Notes: generated from the letters alone by a model not told the origin. A stretch of DNA of 64,000 bases from a bacterium (GCA_018830885.1 JAHJRI010000078.1:4144-68143), one strand, 5' to 3'. Shown: positions 1 through 9,380, counted from the first letter of the stretch. A program made the numbers and translations.

Positions 1-124
1 TTTCTGAGCACCCGTCCTTGATTTTGATTTGTGACCAGGAAACGGGCGGCGAAATTCACACCGGAAGGGGGTCTCATGTTCCCCCAAAGATATCGTGGGA
101 TCGATAGAGACCTTGTAAAACTGG

Positions 125-435
125 CTGATCACGGAAGTCATTCATGCCCATCCGGATCGTTTTCTGGGCTGGTTGATGGTAACCCCCGGAGGTCAAAATG
201 ACCCAGTCGCTACCATCGCAGTGATTTTCTCACCCTGACCGATCAGTTTCCGCAACTGAAACTGACCCTGGCCCATGCCGGGTTCCCGGAGTTTGCCGAA
301 CCCTGGAAACGGATCAAAGGAACCCGCATTGAGAACCTGTTCCCGGATACCGGTGTCCAGAAGCGACTCCTGGGGGAGAACTGCAGGGAGATCATCCGCA
401 GACGCTTTGACCGGACGAGAACTGATCCGCAATAA
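125..435 (+). pseudogene. Degenerate amidohydrolase_2-family gene remnant (frameshifted, internally deleted)
   Basis: Two + frames give ITEVIHAHPDRFLGWLMVTPGGQNDP and DFLTLTDQFPQLKLTLAHAGFPEFAEPWKRIK...IENLFPDTGVQKRLLGEN, resembling amidohydrolase_2 motifs (HPDRF, FPxLKxxLAHAG, terminal xLGEN); the pieces are in different frames and much shorter than the family norm. Confidence 0.5.
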
Positions 436-1012
436 TCCGGGCCAGACGCATCGTATGGCGCCTGGTCTCTTCCCGTGAGCGTCCCGGATACCGCGCATAA
501 CTGATCATCGTCCCGTTGATGGCTGAAAAAAGAGCATGCGCCTTCAATCGCGAATCCGTCACCAGTCCTGCCAACCTGAGAATCTGCTCAAGTCTGTCAA
601 AAAGATCCCGCATAATAGGGTCAATTCTGGTGGCGTTTTCGGAGGGTAGACGACGACCCAGCATGAAATGGGACATCATCTGGTAAAAGGTCATGTTCTC
701 GTTCAGATACGCCACCTGGATTTCACAGAACCGGAGTACGGAGCATTGGGCATGACGCCCAAACTCCTCATCGATCAGACTGCTGATATGACTGACATGG
801 TTGAGGAAAATATCCACAAACAGGTCATCCATGTTCCGGTAGTAGCGATAGATCGTTCCCGGGCTGACCTGGGCTGTTTTTGCGATCTCCCGCACCGTCA
901 CCTGCCTGAAATCCTTATCTGAAAACAGCTGCTGGGCCGCTGTCAGGATCAATTCCCGCCGTGTCTCTCTCTCTTTTTCTCTAAGCGCCTTCAGTGCCGA
1001 CATGACATCCAA
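392..1012 (-). CDS. TetR/AcrR family transcriptional regulator
   Basis: N-terminal HTH ILTAAQQLF...VTVREIAKTAQVSPGTIYRYY; 206 aa; GGAGG SD upstream. Confidence 0.92.
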   Translation of the reverse strand: MDVMSALKALREKERETRRELILTAAQQLFSDKDFRQVTVREIAKTAQVSPGTIYRYYRNMDDLFVDIFLNHVSHISSLIDEEFGRHAQCSVLRFCEIQVAYLNENMTFYQMMSHFMLGRRLPSENATRIDPIMRDLFDRLEQILRLAGLVTDSRLKAHALFSAINGTMISYARYPGRSREETRRHTMRLARIIADQFSSGQSVCG

Positions 1013-1032
1013 CCTCCTTCCGTTGCAACCGT

Positions 1033-2307
1033 TTATTGAGACACAGGGGCATCATGCACCTGCCACATATCAGTATCCGTAAAACAGCGTTCACTTTCGT
1101 CGGGTTTCATCGCATCCTGCTCCATCTTACGCCGCTGGTACCCTTCATCCAGGACCTCGCTGTAATATTCATGCTGAATCATCAGGTTCATGATCTCGCT
1201 GGTGCCGGTCCAGATCAGACCCAGCCGTGTGTCCCGCAGGGCACGTTCAATGGGATATACCGTTGTATACCCGATCCCGCCCATCACCTGCATGGCATTG
1301 TTGACAACATGCCATGCGGTCTCGGTGGCATGCCGCTTGGCTTCGCTGACCAGTCTCCGGCAGTTGGGCGCATCTTCATCAACAGAGCGGGCAGCCATAT
1401 AGGTTAAGGCTCGGGCGGCATCCAGCTGGGTGATGGCATCCGCCACCAGAAAATTGACCCCCTGGTACCGTCGGATCGCTTTTCCAAAAGCCGTCCGTTT
1501 ATCTGAATACCGTACCGCCAGATCAAGCGATCCCCAGACACCCAGACACCCGGCAGCCGATGTGAGTCGTTCCGGGATCATCATCTGGTTGAAACAGATG
1601 GCACCACCATGGAGCTCCCCGATAATATTCTCCCTCGGGACCTTGACATCACGAAACACCAGACGTCCGGTCCCGCCACCCCTGCACCCCATCAACTCAT
1701 AGAGGTATTCTGTCTCCACCCCCGGACCGCGGTCGACGATCAGCAGACTGATCCGGTTGTATTTATGAGCCTCCGGCTCGAAATTGGTCCGGCAGTATAC
1801 GAGAAAAAAATCGGCCCCCTCTGCACCCACCACAAACCGCTTCTGACCATTGAGAATAAAATGGTCCCCTTCCAGCACCGCCCTGGTCGTCGCTCCAAAA
1901 AAATCGGACCCCCCTCGAGGCTCTGTCAAGGCTTCGGCCGCAATCAGCTTTCCCTCAAGATAGGGTTTCAGATACTTCTGCTTCTGGGCCTCTGTTCCAA
2001 AATAGTTCAGGGCCTCACCCACAATCGACGGCATTACAAAGGCGCACCCCAGAGCCATGCCCAGACAGCCTATTTCTTCGGTAACCGCAACCTCCGCTAC
2101 CCAACTCATCTCACGCCCCCCATAAGCCTTGGGAAACCGGATTCCACGAAGATTGATCGCCGCCAGCTGCTCAACAAAATCCCTGGGATAGACAATCTCA
2201 TCCTTGTCCAGTTTCCGTAGAAAATCACTGGAGATCTCCTCCCGGACAAACTGACGCACCTCATCCCGAAGTGCCCGCTCCTCCGCCGTTAATAGAAAAT
2301 CGTACAT
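1033..2307 (-). CDS. Acyl-CoA dehydrogenase
   Basis: ALTEPRGGSD, LNGQKRFV, QVMGGIGY motifs; 424 aa; co-oriented with tetR. Confidence 0.93.
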   Translation of the reverse strand: MYDFLLTAEERALRDEVRQFVREEISSDFLRKLDKDEIVYPRDFVEQLAAINLRGIRFPKAYGGREMSWVAEVAVTEEIGCLGMALGCAFVMPSIVGEALNYFGTEAQKQKYLKPYLEGKLIAAEALTEPRGGSDFFGATTRAVLEGDHFILNGQKRFVVGAEGADFFLVYCRTNFEPEAHKYNRISLLIVDRGPGVETEYLYELMGCRGGGTGRLVFRDVKVPRENIIGELHGGAICFNQMMIPERLTSAAGCLGVWGSLDLAVRYSDKRTAFGKAIRRYQGVNFLVADAITQLDAARALTYMAARSVDEDAPNCRRLVSEAKRHATETAWHVVNNAMQVMGGIGYTTVYPIERALRDTRLGLIWTGTSEIMNLMIQHEYYSEVLDEGYQRRKMEQDAMKPDESERCFTDTDMWQVHDAPVSQ

Positions 2308-2354
2308 CGTCCCCCCTTATCAATGGTTCAAGTTGATATTAATGTTCCAAATAG

Positions 2355-2394
2355 TAAACACTGTTCATTTTATAGAATCAATGTTTCCTGTCAA
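2355..2394 (-). promoter_or_regulatory. Sigma70-like promoter (TTGACA-N16-TAAAAT) with overlapping imperfect palindrome (candidate TetR operator)
   Basis: Minus-strand TTGACA 2394-2389, TAAAAT 2372-2367; palindrome TAAAC-ACT-GTTCA 2355-2367. Confidence 0.5.
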
Positions 2395-2601
2395 GTACTA
2401 TCCACCATGACGGCATTCTATCTGGCACCCCCTCGGGTAAGGAACATGGCTCCTCAAGGGGTGGACAGAAGCATGATGATTGACATAACCCGAAGGCGTG
2501 GTTTTCTCTGCAGGTTGCTTTTTCACCAGCTGTCAGTTAGCCTTGGTACAAGGGCGTCTGCCTGGATCACAACCACCAAACCTTTTGCTAGCCTGTCACT
2601 G

Positions 2602-3408
2602 ATGATGAAACGAAAGCCGTTGAAGATCTCCTGGCGTGCCTGGTGCCTGAGTAAACTCGGGAAAAGAGATTTTTCAGCCCATGAGATGCGGCAGATGATC
2701 GTGAACCGCGCGGCAGAATCGGAACAGGCCGTAAATGCTGATGCTGTGGTTGATGAACTGGTTGGGCAGGGTATTATCGACGATACCCGGTATATTGAAA
2801 GTCAGATTGGGATGCACACCGGAACCTTCGGGCTGAAAGGTCCGAAGGAGCTGGAGAAGAAACTCCGGATCAAGGGAGGCATTCCGACGGAGATGATCGC
2901 CGAGTATATCAACCCGGAAGACCCCAAATGGTATTCCCTGGCAAGGGATTTCTGTCTGAATGCGCTCTCCGGAAAGGCAGATCCGATCGCGTCAACAACC
3001 GACATTCCGGAAAAACAGTATTTCAAACTGAAGAGCAGTCTCTATCGAAAAGGATTCACACAGAGCCAGATTGAATTTGCACTGGAAGGCTTCAAACCGA
3101 CCCGGGAAATCCACACGGATGATAATCCGGGGGCGTTGCAGCGATGGATCGAAAAACGGATGAATGACGGCAGAGGGCCCTATGATATTCTGGCCTTTTT
3201 AAAACAGAAGGGCTTTGATGGTAAAGAGATCCAAAAACAGTTGCAGTTTCCGGATGAAGTATGGATCGAACTGGCAGTGAAAGAGCGGGAAAAGCGGTTC
3301 GGTCAGGGAATCCCCAAAACGGCCAAGGAAAAAAGAAAACAGATCGATTTTCTCCAGAGACGGGGGTTCTTATTTGAACATATCAACGCTGCGTTCAATA
3401 AACGATAG
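2602..3408 (+). CDS. recX: RecX family regulatory protein (long form)
   Basis: LGKRDFSAHEM, IIDDTRY, KGP..L..KG and terminal FLQRRGF motifs; start moved from 2323 to ATG 2602 because upstream residues are not RecX-like and overlap the divergent promoter. Confidence 0.75.
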   Translation: MMKRKPLKISWRAWCLSKLGKRDFSAHEMRQMIVNRAAESEQAVNADAVVDELVGQGIIDDTRYIESQIGMHTGTFGLKGPKELEKKLRIKGGIPTEMIAEYINPEDPKWYSLARDFCLNALSGKADPIASTTDIPEKQYFKLKSSLYRKGFTQSQIEFALEGFKPTREIHTDDNPGALQRWIEKRMNDGRGPYDILAFLKQKGFDGKEIQKQLQFPDEVWIELAVKEREKRFGQGIPKTAKEKRKQIDFLQRRGFLFEHINAAFNKR

Positions 3409-3555
3409 CCTGGGGTAACTGTTTAAGTGCGGGGTCCTGTTCAAACAGGAAAATCCGGGGTGCAATCGAACCTGATCCAACGAAAACCGGACATCAGAGA
3501 AATTTCGAACTTGCTTGTTCAGTTTGGAAATGGTTGGCAGGGGGGGGATTGTTTG

Positions 3556-3583
3556 AATCCGACCGATTTCGGTCGGATTTTTT
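3556..3583. terminator. Hairpin terminator between convergent recX and csp
   Basis: AATCCGACCGA-TT-TCGGTCGGATT followed by a T run on +. Confidence 0.7.
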
Positions 3584-3589
3584 CAAGAA

Positions 3590-3790
3590 TTAAACGATAA
3601 CGACGTTTGCTGCTGCGGGACCTTTCTGGCCTTCTTCAACATCGAAAGTCACCTTGTCACCTTCGTTCAAGGATCTGAAACCATTTGAGTTGATCGCTGA
3701 ATAGTGAACAAAAATATCCGTTCCATCTTCGTTTTCGATAAAACCGTATCCTTTATTATCGTTAAACCATTTTACTGTTCCATTAGCCAT
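3590..3790 (-). CDS. csp: Cold-shock protein (CspA family)
   Basis: GTVKWFN, KGYGFI (RNP1), IFVHYSAI (RNP2); 66 aa. Confidence 0.97.
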   Translation of the reverse strand: MANGTVKWFNDNKGYGFIENEDGTDIFVHYSAINSNGFRSLNEGDKVTFDVEEGQKGPAAANVVIV

Positions 3791-3896
3791 TGTGGATTGC
3801 TCCTCATTAAATCGTTTTTTTTTGTTATATCATCTCTAATTTCCAGCATCCACTTATAGCAACAACAAATGGCACTTTCTATCAGATTGGAACCGG
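3791..3896 (-). promoter_or_regulatory. Conserved structured 5' leader of csp (copy 1)
   Basis: Blocks 26/30 and 20/21 nt identical to the leader of the csp at 63462; includes GTGGATGCT complementary to the SD-to-start region. Confidence 0.6.
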
Positions 3897-4050
3897 GCCC
3901 TGACTGGTCCGGCAATTGGTTTCGGAAATGCATCTCGCGCTCCAAAACAACAAACTATCGCAAAAGATCAATTTGCACAACCGGTTTTTTTACTCTTTAT
4001 GAAAATTTATGGTTGTGACATGGTTCCTCGACGCCAGAAAACGCAGCAGA

Positions 4051-5064
4051 TCAAATGACATCGCCACCACCCGACCCACTGATAATAATTTTCCCCTCTT
4101 CTTCCAGTTTGCGGGCGATTTTGACCACTTTCTGCTGGGCGATGTCCACATCAGCCACCCTGACCGGTCCCAGTGCATCCAGGTCGTCCCGCACCATATC
4201 CGCCGCCCGTTCCGACATGTTACTGAATATATGTTCCCGCACTGCATCAGACGCGGTTTTTAGGGTCAACACCAGTTCGTTCTGGGGAATCTCCTTGAGA
4301 ATAGCCTGCATTCCGGTGGGATCGACCAGTACCAGATCCTCAAAGGTAAACATCAGTTCCCGGATCTGCTCGGCTAGATCCGGATTGGATTCTTCAATCG
4401 TCGCCAGGATACGACTTTCCGTGGTCTTATCCATGGTATTGAGCATTTCCGCCACCGCCTCGACACCCCCGACTTTTGCCGCGGATGAGGCCCCCGATGC
4501 TTTCAGTTCTTTTGAAAGCACCTCTTCGATCTCCTTGACGACCCCTGGTGGGATGGATTCAAGGATTGCCATGCGATATGTGACATCGGCCTGAAGGTTT
4601 TCAGGCAGCTCTTTCAGAACCTGGGCTGTTTGTTCCGGGTCTTCAAGATGGGCCAGTATCAGGGCGATGGTCTGGGGATGCTCGTTCAGAATATGGCTGG
4701 CAACCATTTTGGGTTCAAGCCATTTGAGGGAATCCAGTGACCCCTCGTCCTGAGACGATTGCAGGTTGTCAACCAGGGTCTTGGCCTTGTCATCTCCCAA
4801 CGCCTGCGTCAGTGCATTTTTGACAAAATCACCACTGGCATTGATGGTGACGCCCTGATCCTGCATGGCCGCTTTCCGGTAGAACTCCTCCAGCACGTTG
4901 TCCAGTTCTTCCGGGGAGACATCTGTAAAGCGGGCCATATAGTATCCGACCTGCTGAATTTCACGGTCTTCCAGGTTCTTCAGAATTTCAGCCGCCCCTT
5001 CCTCTCCGAGAGCTAACAGGAGAATAGCTGCTTTTTTGGGGCCCGTTAATTTCCCTACACTCAC
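4051..5064 (-). CDS. fliG: Flagellar motor switch protein FliG
   Basis: KAAILLLALG, EHPQTIALILAHL, GGV, MFTFEDL, NMSERAA motifs; probable GTG start at 5064. Confidence 0.93.
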   Translation of the reverse strand: MSVGKLTGPKKAAILLLALGEEGAAEILKNLEDREIQQVGYYMARFTDVSPEELDNVLEEFYRKAAMQDQGVTINASGDFVKNALTQALGDDKAKTLVDNLQSSQDEGSLDSLKWLEPKMVASHILNEHPQTIALILAHLEDPEQTAQVLKELPENLQADVTYRMAILESIPPGVVKEIEEVLSKELKASGASSAAKVGGVEAVAEMLNTMDKTTESRILATIEESNPDLAEQIRELMFTFEDLVLVDPTGMQAILKEIPQNELVLTLKTASDAVREHIFSNMSERAADMVRDDLDALGPVRVADVDIAQQKVVKIARKLEEEGKIIISGSGGGDVI

Positions 5065-5139
5065 GGTTGCACCTACTGAATGCGTTATCGAATATGAGTC
5101 TGGATAATAGATTATTGGCGATTCAGCCTCTGATGTATG

Positions 5140-5155
5140 AGCAAGAACTGTACCT
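5140..5155 (-). promoter_or_regulatory. Putative sigma54 (-24/-12) promoter for fliG
   Basis: Minus-strand AGGTACAGTTCTTGCT = GG-N10-GC with TTGCT, about 75 nt upstream of the probable start. Confidence 0.5.
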
Positions 5156-5613
5156 GTCAAAGTGAACCGATCCCTTTTTCCAACATTTCAACCCGGGATT
5201 AACACCGGATCCCTGGAGCGGAGCCTGAGCAGACACGAAACGGAAAAAATCTGAGCTATCTGCACCCGCTACTATAGTTGACGTCTCAGATTCTACTCCC
5301 GAAAGTCGCAGAGATCGATTCTCCATTCTCAAGATCTATTTTATCGAATTATCCACCCATAATCAAGCTGTTTGGTTTGGTCGAAATCGATGACAAGTCA
5401 GTCAGGGATTGACATTAGCCAGAAACATCGGCGGTATTTTTTGCCTGTGGGGCTATTGACAGACCGACGTTTTCACAGATCCGGAAACAGATAAACGGGA
5501 CATCCATTCGGACGCTGGCGCATTGCTTTGCCATGAGGGATTATCGGAAAATAATGCGTCTGATAGACCGGGCTGGATGAAAAAAAAGGGGGATGAGATA
5601 CTATCGCCAGTGT

Positions 5614-6018
5614 TCAGAGCTGCTCCAGAGCCCGGAACAGGATAGACTGGATCTCCAGAGAAAACGCGATCACATCTTCCTGTCCCGTAATCCGCATCAT
5701 CGCGGTGGGGTCCACGACGGTGACGAACACCTCGCCTGTTTCCGGCGATTCGTAGACGACAACGTTGCAAGGCAGCAGGAGACCCGTATCCAGATTCGCC
5801 TTGAGAATATCCAGAGAGAGGTGGGGGTTGTAGGCACCGAGAATGACGTAATTGGAAAAGTCCTGATCCAGTTTTTCCTTGAGTATCTGTTTGACGTTGA
5901 TTTCGGTCAGGACAGCAAAGCCCTCACTTTTCAGACAGGCTGTGGTTTTTGCAACAGCTTCTTCAAATGAATAGGAGACTTTTCGTTTGATCCCATAAAC
6001 GAGGTTTTCACTGTCCAT
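5614..6018 (-). CDS. DUF302 domain protein
   Basis: EGFAVLTEINV...YVILGAYNP...GLLLPCNVVVY; ATG at 6018 with GGAGGA SD. Confidence 0.8.
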   Translation of the reverse strand: MDSENLVYGIKRKVSYSFEEAVAKTTACLKSEGFAVLTEINVKQILKEKLDQDFSNYVILGAYNPHLSLDILKANLDTGLLLPCNVVVYESPETGEVFVTVVDPTAMMRITGQEDVIAFSLEIQSILFRALEQL

Positions 6019-6147
6019 GGTTACTCCTCCTGGTTCTTCTGGTGTTTGAGATTCACGATCTTTCAAGATTGATTATTTCATATCCGGGGATAGTCTGCAA
6101 ACGGATAAAAAAACAGGGTGCACCAAAAACCTGTGGGCAACATTGAA

Positions 6148-6229
6148 GGTGTGATCGGTCTTTTCGAAGCTTGCAGCTTCGAACACGGATGTCTGCCGAG
6201 AATGAGTTCAATGACAGACTGATCATACC
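6148..6229. repeat. Structured intergenic repeat, copy A (short form)
   Basis: Shares TCGGTCTTTTCGAAGCT and a 30-nt exact block CGAGAATGAGTTCAATGACAGACTGATCAT with 40216-40371; 14-bp closing stem. Confidence 0.8.
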
Positions 6230-6413
6230 CACACAAACTTGCTGCATCCAAAAAAAATCCCTGGATTAAGGGCTGAAAGCCTGGCGACGATCCAATTCGG
6301 CGATAATGGGGCCGACCGCATAAAGAAAAAAGGGCCGAACCGGAAGCGGATCCGGATTGTCGTCAGCGCCCGCAGACATGCCCTCCTGATCGGTCAATCC
6401 GGCCGGGGGTCAT

Positions 6414-8090
6414 TCACTGTTTGGGAGCCGCCAGCTCGGCTGCCAGTTCAGGTTCCAGATTGTATATATCGGGTAGAAAGCGCAACTGACCTTTTCTATC
6501 AACATCGACTGTCCAATAAACCACATAGATAGGAACAGGTTCTTTGAAAACCAGTTTGCGCTGATCTCCCGATTTCATCAAGGACCATATTTCTGATCTA
6601 GACCATTTTTGATCCCCCTGCAGCAGAAAGGCAGCCAGTTCAAGCGGATGTTCCACTCTGACGCACCCAGAACTCAGCGCTCGCAGAGAGTGCTGAAACA
6701 GTCCCTTTGACGGCGTGTCGTGCAGGTAGATATGCTGCTGGTTTGGAATGACAAATTTAACAGCTCCCAGGGAGTTGTCCCAACCCGGTTCCTGTCTAAA
6801 ATAGAAATCGATCTCGTCAGGATCCAATGATAACCAGTCAACCGAATCAGACGCTATCTCTTCCTCATCTGCACTCATTTTTCTAAACAAGCGGATCCCT
6901 TTGGAAGCCAGGTAATCCGGATTTTTTTTCACGGCAGGCAGAATCTCACGTTCGGCGATGTCCGGAGGAATATACCAGTAGGGATTAATTACCAGGTAGG
7001 GAACCTCGGCATTGAAAACGGGGGTTTGTTGTTCGGGTTTGCCAACAACGACCCGCATCTTCAAGGCGGTTTTTTCATCCTCAACGGCCCTTAATGCCAT
7101 CTCGGGGATGTTGACAATGAGGTAACGCTCCCCCAGATCACGGGGAAGCCGGCGGCGCTGATTGATGTTGATCCGGATCTGCAGAAGCCTTTTTTCAACG
7201 GGCTCGTTCAAAACAAAGCGGGTTCTGTGATCCAGTATCCCGCTTTTCCGCAGACCATGACGCCCCTGAAATCGCTGGACAGCAGATTCAAGGACTGTAT
7301 CAAAGACGGGCGACAACCGCTCATCCGGAGCGTCGGGGTTAGATTCAGAAACCAGATCGCCAGTCAGTTGGAGACGCTTTCTCAGAATGGGGATTTTAGG
7401 GTCACGGTCCCCTTTCGCCATTTCGTTTCCCGGGGGAATCACCGGCCAACCCCCTTCAGCTTCAATGCTCAGATATCGGCCCAATGCCTGTCTCAGGACC
7501 TCTTCATCTTGTCTGGCAGTTTTAAAGCCTTCGAGCACGTCAGAAATCCGTTCCGTCCACAATGCTTTTTCCAAACCGGCCAGAAGATGGCTTGCAACAG
7601 CCGCCGGCAGGGATTCCTGTCCGGGTTGCTGCCCCTGATACAGATGCAGACTGATTTGCAGAAACGCATCCGTCAACAACAGGTCAAGGTCGGCAGGGGT
7701 ATCCACCCGATCCTGAGTCTGATTGGTCTCGTCCAGCATGGAAATACGGTTGCGGATAGCATCAATATGATAGCGCGCCGGGTCCAAGCCCTCAAATCGG
7801 GATTGTTGAATCGCAGTCACCATATCCCGGGCAAGGGGTATCACCCCCCAATCGTCCAGCCAGGTCGGTCTGAAATCGTGCTCCTGATAAAACCGGTAGA
7901 GCAGCTCGCCTGACTGAAGACGCTGTTTCTGAATCAACAGTGGTGCCGGGGATTCAACCGCTGCCAGCCTGGCACGGATCTGGTCTGATATTTGCTGAAG
8001 CGATGGGAAGGCCTGGATCTGCGCAGGCAAGACCCCGGCAATGGTCAATCCCAGCCAGATAATGATTCCCTTAAACCATTGATTAAGCAT
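6414..8090 (-). CDS. L,D-transpeptidase, YcbB/LdtD type with peptidoglycan-binding domain
   Basis: Signal peptide; AVQRFQGRHGL PG-binding segment; IYLHDTP...SSGCVRV catalytic motif. Confidence 0.92.
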   Translation of the reverse strand: MLNQWFKGIIIWLGLTIAGVLPAQIQAFPSLQQISDQIRARLAAVESPAPLLIQKQRLQSGELLYRFYQEHDFRPTWLDDWGVIPLARDMVTAIQQSRFEGLDPARYHIDAIRNRISMLDETNQTQDRVDTPADLDLLLTDAFLQISLHLYQGQQPGQESLPAAVASHLLAGLEKALWTERISDVLEGFKTARQDEEVLRQALGRYLSIEAEGGWPVIPPGNEMAKGDRDPKIPILRKRLQLTGDLVSESNPDAPDERLSPVFDTVLESAVQRFQGRHGLRKSGILDHRTRFVLNEPVEKRLLQIRININQRRRLPRDLGERYLIVNIPEMALRAVEDEKTALKMRVVVGKPEQQTPVFNAEVPYLVINPYWYIPPDIAEREILPAVKKNPDYLASKGIRLFRKMSADEEEIASDSVDWLSLDPDEIDFYFRQEPGWDNSLGAVKFVIPNQQHIYLHDTPSKGLFQHSLRALSSGCVRVEHPLELAAFLLQGDQKWSRSEIWSLMKSGDQRKLVFKEPVPIYVVYWTVDVDRKGQLRFLPDIYNLEPELAAELAAPKQ

Positions 8091-8246
8091 AGTGTCCGCA
8101 ACGGTTAGATGCCAAGATTGGTTGACATGGCCATCTGAAGTGGATACCCTTCAAATAGTGCATTTGCAGATACCTGCATGTTTCAAAAACCTGTCTGAGC
8201 AGGTATCGCTCTCTAATCAGAATGACCCAGTTTCGATGTTAGTAAC

Positions 8247-9254
8247 ATGTCCAGGATCATAATCGGGATTCATGGTTTAGGCAATAAGGTCCCTGAAAAT
8301 ATACTGTCCAGATGGTGGGAGTCATCAATCATTGAGGGGCTCAACAAGACGGTGCAGAAAAGCCCCGACTTCGATTTTCAGCTGGTGTACTGGGCCGATT
8401 TCCTTCATCCCGTGCCCCTGGATCCAGCCATCCAGGATAAAAAACATGACCTCTATGTCGAGGACCCGTATATTCCGGCTTCAAGCGCCTACCAGATTGA
8501 GAAAAGCAGTGATTTCAGGAAGAAATTACTGGACTACATGGGTGGTCAACTGGACCGTATTTTTCTGAACGAAGATCTCTCCATCAACTTCACATCGATC
8601 AGCGATTTTATCATTCACCATTTCTTTAGTGATCTGGAGATCTACTATTCAGCCGATAAACAGGCACACCTGTCTGCCAGCGATCCGATCCGGGAACAGG
8701 TTTGTCAGCTTCTGGCAAGGATCCTGAGGCAGCACCGTCGCAAGGAGATATTTCTCATCGCCCACTCGATGGGGTCTATCATCGCCTATGACGTACTGAC
8801 ACGGTATGCCCCGGAGATTGAGATTGATACCCTGGTGACAATCGGGTCCCCCCTGGGACTGCCCATTATTCGAAGCAAAATAGCCGCTGAAATGGCGAAG
8901 ACAGACACGTTCATCCCGGGATTGAAGACCCCGGAAAATATAAAAACCAACTGGTACAACCTTGCTGATCTGCGGGACAAAATCGCTTTTTATTACCACC
9001 TGAAAGAGAGTTTCGCCCCTAATACAAGGAACGTGCAGGTCATCGATCAACTGGTGGTCAACAATTATATGTACAAGGGGGAGAAAAACCCCCACAAAAC
9101 CTATGGCTATTTGAGATCACCCGAAATGGCGACGATCATCGACGCGTTTTTATCTCGCAAGCCTGCTTCATCCCTGATGCGATTTCAGGCGTTTCTGAAA
9201 AATGCCGCTCAACACTGGTCGGGGATTTTCCAGAGTCCGACAGGCAGCCAATAG
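8247..9254 (+). CDS. Alpha/beta-fold hydrolase
   Basis: IHGLG oxyanion motif, AHSMG nucleophile elbow, VTIGSPLG, late His (NPHK). Confidence 0.75.
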   Translation: MSRIIIGIHGLGNKVPENILSRWWESSIIEGLNKTVQKSPDFDFQLVYWADFLHPVPLDPAIQDKKHDLYVEDPYIPASSAYQIEKSSDFRKKLLDYMGGQLDRIFLNEDLSINFTSISDFIIHHFFSDLEIYYSADKQAHLSASDPIREQVCQLLARILRQHRRKEIFLIAHSMGSIIAYDVLTRYAPEIEIDTLVTIGSPLGLPIIRSKIAAEMAKTDTFIPGLKTPENIKTNWYNLADLRDKIAFYYHLKESFAPNTRNVQVIDQLVVNNYMYKGEKNPHKTYGYLRSPEMATIIDAFLSRKPASSLMRFQAFLKNAAQHWSGIFQSPTGSQ

Positions 9255-9380
9255 CTACCGCAATCGAAATTCGACCCGGAAGGGCGTTCTTTCGACAAGC
9301 CCCCTCCCTTCCGACTGGCCGTGCCCGGCAAGTCGGAAAGGTCGGATGTCACCATTAACCGTCAACAAAGGATAGGTAGA

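Noticed and set aside
2323-2601. N-terminal extension of the recX ORF
   Set aside because: Overlaps the divergent promoter region and is not RecX-like
5614-6018. DUF302 GAYNP in place of the common GACNP as a recoding or pseudogene signal
   Set aside because: Ordinary TAC codon in an intact frame; a simple substitution
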